Assembly: GCA_008080735.1 (NCBI GenBank)
Contig: SHMW01000051.1
Span: forward strand, 1 to 30,764
DNA: 30,764 nucleotides
Direction: 5' to 3'
Source of the DNA: Promethearchaeota archaeon
Lineage (GTDB): Archaea > Asgardarchaeota > Lokiarchaeia > Sigyniarchaeales > SOKP01
Positions 1 through 8,574 of the stretch are shown here, one piece after another. The number at the start of each line of letters is the position of its first letter. Position 1 is the first letter of the stretch. Both the position numbers and the translations under genes were made by a program. Below the pieces are notes generated by a model, which was not told the origin of the DNA, made no database searches, and was given only the letters and a program-made list of their open reading frames with translations.

Positions 1-199
1 ATAAAAGTTAAAATATCAATATTATATTTATTAGATTAATAGAATTTGTATGAACTCCTTTAAATTTAAGTCGAAATGATGCCACACTAATCAAAAATTT
101 CTCCTTAGAATATAACAAAGTCAATGAATTGCATAAAGGCTTTTGTAGGAGTTTGATACAATCAAATTAGTCTTTCTCTAAAGCATACCTCTGAGTAAA

Positions 200-1597
200 A
201 TGAATTCAGAACCAGATCGCACGGGATTTTTAAACAAACTTGATATTGCTATAAATAATTTCGTTGATTATTCTTCTAATTTTAATAAGGTTATTACAAT
301 CTCACATAACGACGCCGATGGAATTTCATGTTTGCATCTAATCCAGAATTTGCTCTATAAAATGAATTTAAATTATGATTATTTTATTTATAACCGATCA
401 ACTTCATGGGCAGATTATCTAAAGGGAATATTTTCAAATAGAAGTACCCAAAGGTCCGCCTATATATTTACTGATGTGGGCTCTAACCTTTCAGAACTGA
501 TTCCAATAATAGAAAAACGACAAGAATTATTTTTCATTTTAGATCATCATGAAGTCGATTGTACCATCCCTCCCGAAGAGTATCCTGAAAATTTGTTTTT
601 TGTGAATCCTACTGTATACGGTTTTGATGGACTTGATCATATCGCAGGCGCAACATTAGCATATATGTTTGCCAAAAAAATTAAACCCCAGATCATTAAA
701 CAAGGATGGTTAGCAATAATAGGTATTGCGGGAGATTCCTTAAAGTCTATGGATAAGCTTAAATCATTCAATAGAGAAGTATATGAAGAATTGCTCTCTG
801 AGGAGATATTTATCGACAAATCGGGCTTAATTTTATTCGGTAGTATGCATGATACCATTAAAAATGGGCTGAGATATAGTATATTGCCTTTCGTTGAGGG
901 ATTTGGTGGAGGAAATGATAAAGACATTAAATATTTTTTAAATGATCTTAATATCAATCCGAATAAGAAAGTAAATAAATTATCGGAAACAGAGATAGAA
1001 AAAATTCAATCCAAAGGCAATTTTGAAAGCTATGGACATTACGCATTGCTTCCTGAAAAAAATGGATTATTAAAATTCGCCTTTGAGCATGCACTTCTGC
1101 TTAACATTCTTTGTTTTAAAAATATCAGCGCGGCAGTGTCTAGTATTCAACTAAAACGAATTACTAGATATGCAAAAAATGTATATCACGATTATGTCTC
1201 GAATCTGGCAAAAAACCTAAAGATCCTTTCCAACGATCTACCGCGTTACGAAACAGATAAAGCAATCTTTATTAATGTGAAAGGACAAATTCCCCCGAGT
1301 AATTGGTCTGATACCGCATCCTTTAGTAGCGTAAATGAATTATTAGATCCCCACAAAATACTCTTTTTGGGAGGTTTGGAACGAAAATCGCAGACCATCA
1401 AATTGAGCATCCGATGCACTCGTAAATTCTTAGAAAGTAATAATGGGGTAGGAGTTAATACAGTAATTACGAAGATTAAAGATGATTTAGGAGGAACTGG
1501 TGGTGGACACAAATTAGCCGGGGGAATTCGCTTATCCAGAGCATCTTATAAAAGATTAAAAGAAAATGCGGACGATTATATTGTAGATTCCAATTAA
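200..1597 (+). CDS. DHH-family phosphoesterase, archaeal RecJ/GAN (Cdc45-related) nuclease-like
   Basis: Motif I SHNDADG, motif II FTDVG, DHH motif ILDHHE and C-terminal DHHA1 motif GGGHKLAGG. The 465-aa length fits archaeal RecJ-like proteins. Confidence 0.85.
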   Translation: MNSEPDRTGFLNKLDIAINNFVDYSSNFNKVITISHNDADGISCLHLIQNLLYKMNLNYDYFIYNRSTSWADYLKGIFSNRSTQRSAYIFTDVGSNLSELIPIIEKRQELFFILDHHEVDCTIPPEEYPENLFFVNPTVYGFDGLDHIAGATLAYMFAKKIKPQIIKQGWLAIIGIAGDSLKSMDKLKSFNREVYEELLSEEIFIDKSGLILFGSMHDTIKNGLRYSILPFVEGFGGGNDKDIKYFLNDLNINPNKKVNKLSETEIEKIQSKGNFESYGHYALLPEKNGLLKFAFEHALLLNILCFKNISAAVSSIQLKRITRYAKNVYHDYVSNLAKNLKILSNDLPRYETDKAIFINVKGQIPPSNWSDTASFSSVNELLDPHKILFLGGLERKSQTIKLSIRCTRKFLESNNGVGVNTVITKIKDDLGGTGGGHKLAGGIRLSRASYKRLKENADDYIVDSN

Positions 1598-1618
1598 AGT
1601 TTATTTTATGAATTTCCA

Positions 1619-1915
1619 ATGAGTTATATCGAGAAAAAAACTGAAAAGAGCTATATTTTGACCATTTATGTAAAACCTAACTCTCACCACCAAAAAATTG
1701 AACAGGATGGCAAATTTTTGGCAGTATCCCTCAAATCTAAAGCACGCCGAAACAAAGCCAATAAAGAATTATTACGGCTCTTACAAAAAAAGTTAGGAAT
1801 TAATGCTAATCAGATTAAATTTTTATCAGGACTCTATAACGAGGATAAAATTATTCAAATAGATTTTATGGAGTCTATTGATGAAAATCAGATTGCAAAA
1901 AGATTATTGGAATAA
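1619..1915 (+). CDS. DUF167 / UPF0235 (YggU-like) protein
   Basis: 98 aa with the pattern IYVKPNS...VSLKSKA...KANKELLRLL...I.FLSG....K. Starts 21 bp after the DHH gene. Confidence 0.8.
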   Translation: MSYIEKKTEKSYILTIYVKPNSHHQKIEQDGKFLAVSLKSKARRNKANKELLRLLQKKLGINANQIKFLSGLYNEDKIIQIDFMESIDENQIAKRLLE

Positions 1916-1922
1916 AAATACA

Positions 1923-2276
1923 CTAAGAACCGATCTTAATCATTCTACCACACCGAAGACAGACAATAAAATGTGTCATTCCCTCGTCTGCACTTCTTGT
2001 TTGTCTTGTTTCTAGAGAAGCCTTATTATATCCACAATTAGGACATTTAAAGTCTTTGATGGTGCTTTTTAGATTCTTTTCCTTCCAATCGATTATCTGC
2101 TTCGCATTGACAACCTCATCCTTAAAATCACGCTCTATACGTGTGGAAATCTTATAATTCTCCGATTCCTCCTCAGAAAAGGAGACAACTGTTCCACATC
2201 TACATTTAAATACCTTGTTCCCCTTATCATCTTTCGAGGGAAGCATTAATGCCCCACACTCTGGACAGAACTTCAC
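1923..2276 (-). CDS. tfs: Transcript cleavage factor TFS (RpoM/TFIIS-like, two Zn ribbons)
   Basis: N-terminal FCPECG..CRCG ribbon and C-terminal CPNCG..QTRSADEG..CLRCG ribbon with the catalytic DE pair. GTG start. Confidence 0.92.
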   Translation of the reverse strand: MKFCPECGALMLPSKDDKGNKVFKCRCGTVVSFSEEESENYKISTRIERDFKDEVVNAKQIIDWKEKNLKSTIKDFKCPNCGYNKASLETRQTRSADEGMTHFIVCLRCGRMIKIGS

Positions 2277-2470
2277 TTTTTATCATTCTTTTAGCGTTAG
2301 ATAATAATAAAAATGGAACATTTTAGAAAAAATTTAGGGTAAAAGGTGATCTAAGGGGAGGTTTAACTCTATTAGCATTTTGACTTATTTTGTTTCCATT
2401 TTTTGTTGCTTGAATAGTTTTTAAAATGAACTCGAATATTACTAGATGTATAGGAGGAATAAACACGAGA

Positions 2471-3472
2471 ATGAAGACTCAAAAAGGAGAATTTCTATGG
2501 GCCATCGGAGGCAAGATCGAAAACAAGAACACGGTAGAGGATACAACTGTATATAATATAGCTGAAGATGAATGGTATAGTAGTGTGAATGAGCAATTAG
2601 CACCGATGCCCCACCCCGTGCAAGGAGCAGGATGGACATTTTTTCAGAATAAAATATTTTGTTTTGGTGGTAAAACTAAACCCCATTCTGGATGCTCTGA
2701 TTTTGTTCAAGTTTATAACATTGAAAAAGATGAGTGGGAACTTTACAATAATTTACCCAAAGCTCGAAGTAAATTAGGGAAATATTATCCCGTTGTTGAT
2801 AATCGCTATATTTATTTATTTGGTGGAGATGATGAGGGGGGACCTTTTAGCAGGGTTAATTGGAATTGGAAATATGATCTAAGAAATGATACATGGGACA
2901 CTGAAGTCGCGGATGCACCCCATACACAATCGTTTCCCCTTCCAACATATCATAATGGGTGGCTTTATTATTCAACTGGAAATACGGGACAGAATCCGGA
3001 ACAAAATTCTTATGAGGGTGCATTAAACCAGCGTTATAATCCAAAAGAAGATAAATGGGAAGTGATTACATCATGTCCAATTCCTACGACCGATGGTTCT
3101 GGGGATAAATGGAAAAATGAGCTGCATTTTATTGGGGGTTGGAATACAAATGAAAGTTTTTATAATCCAGACACGCCAAATTATAATGGACCTGTGAAAA
3201 AGCAACATTTAGTGTATAATTATGAGCATGATAAGTGGCGATTCGAAGCTGAATTGCCAGGGAATTGGCATCATGGAGGGACTCGGGGAACTAAACAGTA
3301 TCTCTGGCGATTCTTAGGTACAATCGATGAGGATATTGATATACGACAACGAAATCCCCATTCAAATAGGATCTTTAAATGGGATGGGAACAAATGGACT
3401 GAAATGGAGCCCGCACCGGTTCGGAAAATGAATTTTGGGACTATATATACCACAATCGGACCAAAACTTTAA
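2471..3472 (+). CDS. Kelch-repeat beta-propeller protein
   Basis: Repeated hydrophobic-GG...Y(N/D)...W units (AIGG, CFGG, LFGG, FIGG) with P-x-P/R linkers; about six blades. Start placed at ATG 2471 after AGGAGG at 2452-2457; the track start at 2426 is the alternative. Confidence 0.8.
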   Translation: MKTQKGEFLWAIGGKIENKNTVEDTTVYNIAEDEWYSSVNEQLAPMPHPVQGAGWTFFQNKIFCFGGKTKPHSGCSDFVQVYNIEKDEWELYNNLPKARSKLGKYYPVVDNRYIYLFGGDDEGGPFSRVNWNWKYDLRNDTWDTEVADAPHTQSFPLPTYHNGWLYYSTGNTGQNPEQNSYEGALNQRYNPKEDKWEVITSCPIPTTDGSGDKWKNELHFIGGWNTNESFYNPDTPNYNGPVKKQHLVYNYEHDKWRFEAELPGNWHHGGTRGTKQYLWRFLGTIDEDIDIRQRNPHSNRIFKWDGNKWTEMEPAPVRKMNFGTIYTTIGPKL

Positions 3473-3508
3473 TCAAATCTATAAGAATTAATATTTTTTA
3501 GAGGAAAA

Positions 3509-4486
3509 TTAAAATCGAAGGCCAAATAGCAAAGCCATAAAAATAACTCCAGCTATCAAATCTGCTGTTGTACCAGGATTTAGTTTTCCTTCTTTTTCTT
3601 GTAATTGCCCATCAAGATCATTGAGCAAATGTTTACCCTCTTCGGTCAAGAGCCCTCCAGCGTTTAGAATTTTTGATGATTTTTCCGATATCATTTCGGC
3701 CGATTTCATCCCAGACTTCCTGATAATCAAGGTATCTGGATGATTAGAGAGAATTTTGAGAAACGTGTGAACCGTCGCAATATTAATGTCTCGTACTTTG
3801 GCAAATATTTTTATGAAATAGGGGAAGCCTTCATTCAAAATAATATGAAATCCAGTGGCATATTCCTTACTAATCAAATCGTAATTTTGTGAGAATTCAA
3901 AGATTTGTTTTAAGGTTATCCTATCCCTCTTAAGTTCATTTATAGAATTTTCTTCAGTCAAGTCATATTTTTTCACTTTTCCCAACCCACCTGGGTTTGA
4001 AATTCTAATTGCATCATAAAGCTGTATTGTATCCGATACAGTCGCATCCGTAATGACATCATTTAAAATTTCTTTATATTTTTCCAGTGTGGTAATTCCC
4101 AATCTTAGTGAAATCACGGCGCTGGCAGCTAAGGGCCCCAAAATTAAAATATGTCCTAACATAATATTCCCTCCTTTTTGCCATCTCATCATTTCTTGAG
4201 TGGCAGCTCTAAAGAATTTTCCAAGATTAATATAACTAAAATTTTGGGATCTTTTACCTATTTTTGTAGATTTGTATATTCGATTGCAAAAATCAGAAAA
4301 AACAGGTTGTAAAGCTGCCACACCAGCAAGGAAATGCTCATAACGAGTTTCTTTATAATCTTGGGTTCGATGGATATTACCGGGTTTTGGATATCCAGAC
4401 AATTCTAGTAAACTGGATAATGTAGTACATCTAATAATATCTTCAACAGACTCCAGTTCAATAGGTGAATTTTCCCGAATGAACAC
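3509..4486 (-). CDS. citG: CitG-family triphosphoribosyl-dephospho-CoA synthase-like protein (archaeal type)
   Basis: LLELSGYPKPGNIHR, N.MLG, DTLIIRKSG and C-terminal LNPGTTADL motifs. GTG start. Confidence 0.85.
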   Translation of the reverse strand: MFIRENSPIELESVEDIIRCTTLSSLLELSGYPKPGNIHRTQDYKETRYEHFLAGVAALQPVFSDFCNRIYKSTKIGKRSQNFSYINLGKFFRAATQEMMRWQKGGNIMLGHILILGPLAASAVISLRLGITTLEKYKEILNDVITDATVSDTIQLYDAIRISNPGGLGKVKKYDLTEENSINELKRDRITLKQIFEFSQNYDLISKEYATGFHIILNEGFPYFIKIFAKVRDINIATVHTFLKILSNHPDTLIIRKSGMKSAEMISEKSSKILNAGGLLTEEGKHLLNDLDGQLQEKEGKLNPGTTADLIAGVIFMALLFGLRF

Positions 4487-4533
4487 ATCTAAAAAAAGCT
4501 AGCACTTAATATATTCTTTATTTTATGAATAGT

Positions 4534-4845
4534 CTAATAGTAATAAGTAAATTCGAATTGTTTTCGCTCTTTCACGGTGAATCCATCTCTATCATCTGTT
4601 CGGTACGCGATTGGCCGATAATCCTCCTTCAAATTGTTCTTGTAGAGAAACTTCTTAATTCTAAGTTTAATAGCTCTTTTCGATAGATCCGCTGGCATGG
4701 TTACTTCTATTTCATTTCCATCCCGATTTATGGTCAATTGAGGGATTTGCTCTGCTAAGAATTGGATTAAATCCTCTACATGTTGTTCGCTCTTAAAACT
4801 TAATTCCTTGACATTTATATAGATCGTTTTAGTGTCGTCGCTCAT
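4534..4845 (-). CDS. rpl22e: Ribosomal protein eL22 (L22e) homologue
   Basis: The segment SKRAIKLRIKKFLYKNNLKEDYRPIA aligns by eye with the eukaryotic eL22 signature [26 protein letters not shown]. 103 aa. Confidence 0.8.
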   Translation of the reverse strand: MSDDTKTIYINVKELSFKSEQHVEDLIQFLAEQIPQLTINRDGNEIEVTMPADLSKRAIKLRIKKFLYKNNLKEDYRPIAYRTDDRDGFTVKERKQFEFTYYY

Positions 4846-4956
4846 ATCTATATCACTTATTAAATGAATTAAAAATACTATAAATTTTTTATCATTTCCT
4901 TCTTTCCTAAATCAATAAAGTAATCCAATAACATTAGATTAAATGAAGTGAATTAT
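4846..4956. promoter_or_regulatory. Divergent promoter region between eL22-citG and rbcL-nucleoside hydrolase
   Basis: 111-bp AT-rich gap between divergent genes, with TATA-like TTATTAAA (~4857) and TATAAA (~4880). Confidence 0.4.
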
Positions 4957-6243
4957 ATGGTAGATTATGTAGATTTGGACTATGAGCCAAGCAAGAAGGA
5001 TTTAATTGCAATGTATTATGTTGAAAAATCGCCAGAATGTAAGGATATGGAACATGCGTGTATGGAAATCGCTAAAGAGAGCTCGATCGGAACATGGACT
5101 AAGATTCTTACCATGTCAGAAGAAATTGCCCAATCTCTTAAACCAGCAGCGTTTCATATTGACGAAGAGAATAATATTATTAAGATAGCCTACACGGAGG
5201 AGTTGTTTGAGGCGAATAATATGTCCCAAATCTTAAGCGCTATAGCTGGTAATATTTACGGAATGAAAAAACTAAAATACCTTAGGTTATTAGATGTGTC
5301 TTTTCCCGAAAATATAGTGAAATCTTATAAGGGACCGAAATTTGGAATAGAGGGAATCCGAAAATTAACTGGAATTGAAAATCGACCCCTCTTAGGGACG
5401 ATCGTAAAACCGAAAGTGGGATTAAACGAATCAGAACACGCAGAGGTGTGCGCCCAAGCCTGGCGAGGTGGGCTCGATATTGTAAAAGATGATGAAAATT
5501 TGACAAGTATGAAATTTAACCAATTTGACAAAAGAATTAAAACAACCCTTGAAAAAAGAGATCAAATCGAGGAGGAAACGGGAGATAAAAAGATCTATAT
5601 GCCTAATATAACCGCACAAGTAAGCACGATGAAAGAAAGAGCAGACCATGTGATAAACCATGGGGGTGAATATGTGATGATAGATATTGTCACGGTGGGA
5701 TTCTCTGCGCTAATGGAGATGCGAGATTATCTTGATTCAAAAAATGTAGTCATTCACGCACATCGCGCTATGCATGCTGCTTTTACTCGGATTAAACAAC
5801 ACGGATTAACGATGTTGGCTTTAGCAAAGATTTCCCGATTAATTGGGGTAGACCAACTCCACACGGGCACCGTAATCGGAAAAATGGAAGGAGAAAAACA
5901 GGAAGTACTTGATATTAATAAGACTATTACTCAGTCGAATATCTCTGGAAATGACACTTCTCTCTTAGATCAGAATTGGTATGATATTAAACCCGTACTT
6001 CCCGTAGCTTCTGGAGGATTAAGTCCTTTAGATATTCCAGAATTAATTCAAATTCTTGGAAAAGATATGGTATTCCAGTTTGGAGGAGGATGCCACGGGC
6101 ATCCCAGCGGAACGGAGGCAGGTGCAAAGGCTATAATCCAAGCGTTGGATGCTTCTTTAAATGGAATCTCCCTTAGAAAATATTCAAAGACACATAAAGA
6201 ATTAAAGCAAGCTCTCGAAAAATGGGAAGAACAATGTTATTGA
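4957..6243 (+). CDS. rbcL: Form III ribulose-1,5-bisphosphate carboxylase (RuBisCO) large subunit
   Basis: ESSIGTWT, AGNIYGMK, GTIVKPKVGL, GGLDIVKDDENL (carbamylated Lys), HAHRAMH, DQLHTGT, GKMEG (loop-6 Lys), ASGG and QFGGG are all present. No small-subunit gene nearby. ATG 4957 preferred over GTG 4948. Confidence 0.93.
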   Translation: MVDYVDLDYEPSKKDLIAMYYVEKSPECKDMEHACMEIAKESSIGTWTKILTMSEEIAQSLKPAAFHIDEENNIIKIAYTEELFEANNMSQILSAIAGNIYGMKKLKYLRLLDVSFPENIVKSYKGPKFGIEGIRKLTGIENRPLLGTIVKPKVGLNESEHAEVCAQAWRGGLDIVKDDENLTSMKFNQFDKRIKTTLEKRDQIEEETGDKKIYMPNITAQVSTMKERADHVINHGGEYVMIDIVTVGFSALMEMRDYLDSKNVVIHAHRAMHAAFTRIKQHGLTMLALAKISRLIGVDQLHTGTVIGKMEGEKQEVLDINKTITQSNISGNDTSLLDQNWYDIKPVLPVASGGLSPLDIPELIQILGKDMVFQFGGGCHGHPSGTEAGAKAIIQALDASLNGISLRKYSKTHKELKQALEKWEEQCY

Positions 6244-7199
6244 TGAATCAAAATAATATTTCACATCCAATTATTATAGACACGGATATGGCGCCAGATG
6301 ATTGGGCTGCAATTCTTTACCTAGCAAAACGTGAGGATGTTAGAATAAAAGGAATTACCATCACGGGCACTGGGGAAGTTCACGGTAAACAGGGTGCAAT
6401 CAATTGCTTGCGCTTGCTTGAGTTGCTTAATAAATCTCACATCCCCGTAGCATATGGCTCCTCCAAACCACTTAAATTCTCTCATAAATTCCCTTGGATA
6501 ATGAGATTTGCTGTCGATAGAAGATTATTTATAAAATTTCCAAAAACCAAGAAAAAACCTCTGGATATAAAAGCCTTAGATCTAATGAATAAAATAGTCA
6601 ATTCTTCTTCTAAAAAGATTTACTTAATTGCCTTAGGACCCTTAACTAATCTGGCCAAAGTTCTGCAAAAGTATTCAGAAACCAAAGAAAATATAGAAAA
6701 AATCTATATTATGGGCGGTGCGGTGGATGTAAAAGGAAACATTTCTGAGGTTAGCCGTTCAATTGATAATCCCTATGCGGAATGGAATATATATTGCGAT
6801 CCGCACGCTGCCAATATAGTCTTTCAATCTGGCATCCCCATTGTTTTGGTCCCGTTAGATGTAACTAATCAAGTGCCTATTGATAAAAAATTTATCAACC
6901 GATTGAAAGATAATCAAAATAATGTAATTTGTCAGTTTCTTCTTAAAATCATTAAAAGATTTGGTTCTCGGATAGAAAAGTCGTCTATTCCATTCTGGGA
7001 TTTAGTAGCGGCGTCAATTTTAGGCAACGAAGTAATAGTAAAGAAAGAAACCAGAAAAATTCGGGTGATTGCGCAAGAGGGACGCCAATCGGGCCGAATC
7101 ATTGAAGATCCCGAGGATGGTACTCTAATTGAGATATGTAAGAAAATTGATCGAGAAGAATACCTTAGAAATGTGTTCAATACAATATTATCTCGTTAA
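6243..7199 (+). CDS. Ca2+-dependent nucleoside hydrolase (IU-NH family), probably purine-preferring
   Basis: DTDMAPDD (DxDxxxDD), LGPLTNLA, IMGGA, AEWNIYCDPHAA, PLDVT and PFWD motifs. The ATG at 6243 overlaps the rbcL stop (TGATG). Confidence 0.9.
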   Translation: MNQNNISHPIIIDTDMAPDDWAAILYLAKREDVRIKGITITGTGEVHGKQGAINCLRLLELLNKSHIPVAYGSSKPLKFSHKFPWIMRFAVDRRLFIKFPKTKKKPLDIKALDLMNKIVNSSSKKIYLIALGPLTNLAKVLQKYSETKENIEKIYIMGGAVDVKGNISEVSRSIDNPYAEWNIYCDPHAANIVFQSGIPIVLVPLDVTNQVPIDKKFINRLKDNQNNVICQFLLKIIKRFGSRIEKSSIPFWDLVAASILGNEVIVKKETRKIRVIAQEGRQSGRIIEDPEDGTLIEICKKIDREEYLRNVFNTILSR

Positions 7200-7226
7200 A
7201 ATTCAAGGCAAGATTGGGCAGTCTTC

Positions 7227-8180
7227 CTAAAAAGTTTCTGCTAAATCGGGATATAGTTTGTTAAAATATCCGTGGACATGGCTTGAAGCAAATATCCCTC
7301 CTTCGCTGATTAGTGCGTCTATGTACCTCCTGCTTACCGTTTCGAAAGCGGGATTTATAATTTGTACTCCTTTTGGGGAATTTTTCCATATCTCTTCTGG
7401 ACTCCTCATTTCAATCTTTTCAAGAATCCCGAAACTCGTTTTTGGATTATATTTGAGCAAAGTGGTTGCCACATAAAAAGGGACATGTTCCTCATGAGCA
7501 ACAAGTGCAAGTAACCGAGATCCTATCTTATTAAGTACTGTGCCCTCAGAAGTAACAGAATCCGCTCCAATAAGTATCAAATCAACTTCATAATTATTAA
7601 CTGCCCAACGCATTGCGCTATCAACCACATGAATAACCTCTACGCCCACCTCGACTAATTTTTTTACTGTTTTTCTACCTTGCAGCTTTGGTTGGGTCTC
7701 GGTTGCGATAACTTTAAATCTTTTTCCTTGCGATTTTGCCTTCATTAAAATAGCATTAACAAATGAAGAGTGACAATGGGTCATAACGGTGAATTCATCC
7801 TCAGAGGAGTCATTAGGAAATCTCCTTGCCCCGATTTCGGCTATCTTTTCTCTTGCTGTTTCAATCATATTTTTATAATCTCCTTGAAAAGTCTCAATAA
7901 GATCAAGAATTTCTCCATTTTCTATTCTTTCCTTGTTTTTCTCTAACATTCGTGTTATATAATTAAGGCCGTTTCGCATAGCAGGCTCTGTTTCTCGTGT
8001 TTTAAACAATACTACTTTAGCTTCCTCTAATTTTTCCTTCCAATCTTCAAAAGTATTACATTTATTTTCGATCCGACAAGCATACTCCATTAACAATCTA
8101 ATTGCGTTTAATGCAACATTAGTCGCTCCTTGGATTTCTAAAGATGTAATCCGTTTCGCTTCTTCTTTTAATTTTTCCAT
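7227..8180 (-). CDS. Ribose-1,5-bisphosphate isomerase (eIF-2B alpha/beta/delta family)
   Basis: EIQGA, TRETEP, MTHCHS (catalytic Cys), TETQPKLQG, VVDSA, GADS (catalytic Asp), NKIGS and NPAFE; matches archaeal R15Pi. Close to RuBisCO. Confidence 0.85.
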   Translation of the reverse strand: MEKLKEEAKRITSLEIQGATNVALNAIRLLMEYACRIENKCNTFEDWKEKLEEAKVVLFKTRETEPAMRNGLNYITRMLEKNKERIENGEILDLIETFQGDYKNMIETAREKIAEIGARRFPNDSSEDEFTVMTHCHSSFVNAILMKAKSQGKRFKVIATETQPKLQGRKTVKKLVEVGVEVIHVVDSAMRWAVNNYEVDLILIGADSVTSEGTVLNKIGSRLLALVAHEEHVPFYVATTLLKYNPKTSFGILEKIEMRSPEEIWKNSPKGVQIINPAFETVSRRYIDALISEGGIFASSHVHGYFNKLYPDLAETF

Positions 8181-8231
8181 AACATATTTCCCTCCTGGTT
8201 GATTAGTAGGATTTCTATCTTTTTGCCATTA

Positions 8232-8432
8232 TTAATCTCCTTCACCAGCCTCATCTTTTATACTCTCATCTTCTTCCAACTCATAATCCTCAGAATCAAT
8301 TTCTACATAAAAAGAACCAGTATATCCACAATTTGTACATTCAAAACGTTCTGGACCTAACCATCCACTTACATTAAATGCTGGATGCAGAGTAGGGTTT
8401 TTACATTTGGGGCATATACGAATTTTAACCAT
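8232..8432 (-). CDS. Small Zn-ribbon protein with acidic tail
   Basis: CPKC...SGWL.P...CTNCGY.G, then an E/D-rich C-terminus. 66 aa, co-oriented upstream of R15Pi. Confidence 0.75.
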   Translation of the reverse strand: MVKIRICPKCKNPTLHPAFNVSGWLGPERFECTNCGYTGSFYVEIDSEDYELEEDESIKDEAGEGD

Positions 8433-8574
8433 AATATGACAATAAAGAAATTTCTGTTTAATATATTTATAATAGTTAGATTAAATCAAAAAACTTGAGC
8501 CATCATGTTCTTTATTTTTGATAATAGTAAAAAAAATTATATCTCAATTCTTATACAATCTGAGAAAGCAGATT

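Noticed and set aside
6222-6242. Longer hydrolase N-terminus overlapping rbcL, or UGA read-through fusion
   Set aside because: The genes are in different frames and rbcL ends in TGA TGA. The TGATG-coupled start at 6243 places the DxDxxxDD motif at the usual N-terminal position.
4957-6243. Form IV RuBisCO-like protein (methionine-salvage enolase)
   Set aside because: The carboxylase residues are retained (GN, KPK, KDDE, HRAMH, HTGT, GKMEG, SGG, GGG), which fits form III.
7227-8180. Translation factor eIF-2B subunit or methylthioribose-1-phosphate isomerase MtnA
   Set aside because: It lacks the MtnA N-terminal LDQ..LP extension and THCN motif. It has THCHS and GADS as in R15P isomerase and lies by RuBisCO. 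Not excluded without an assay.
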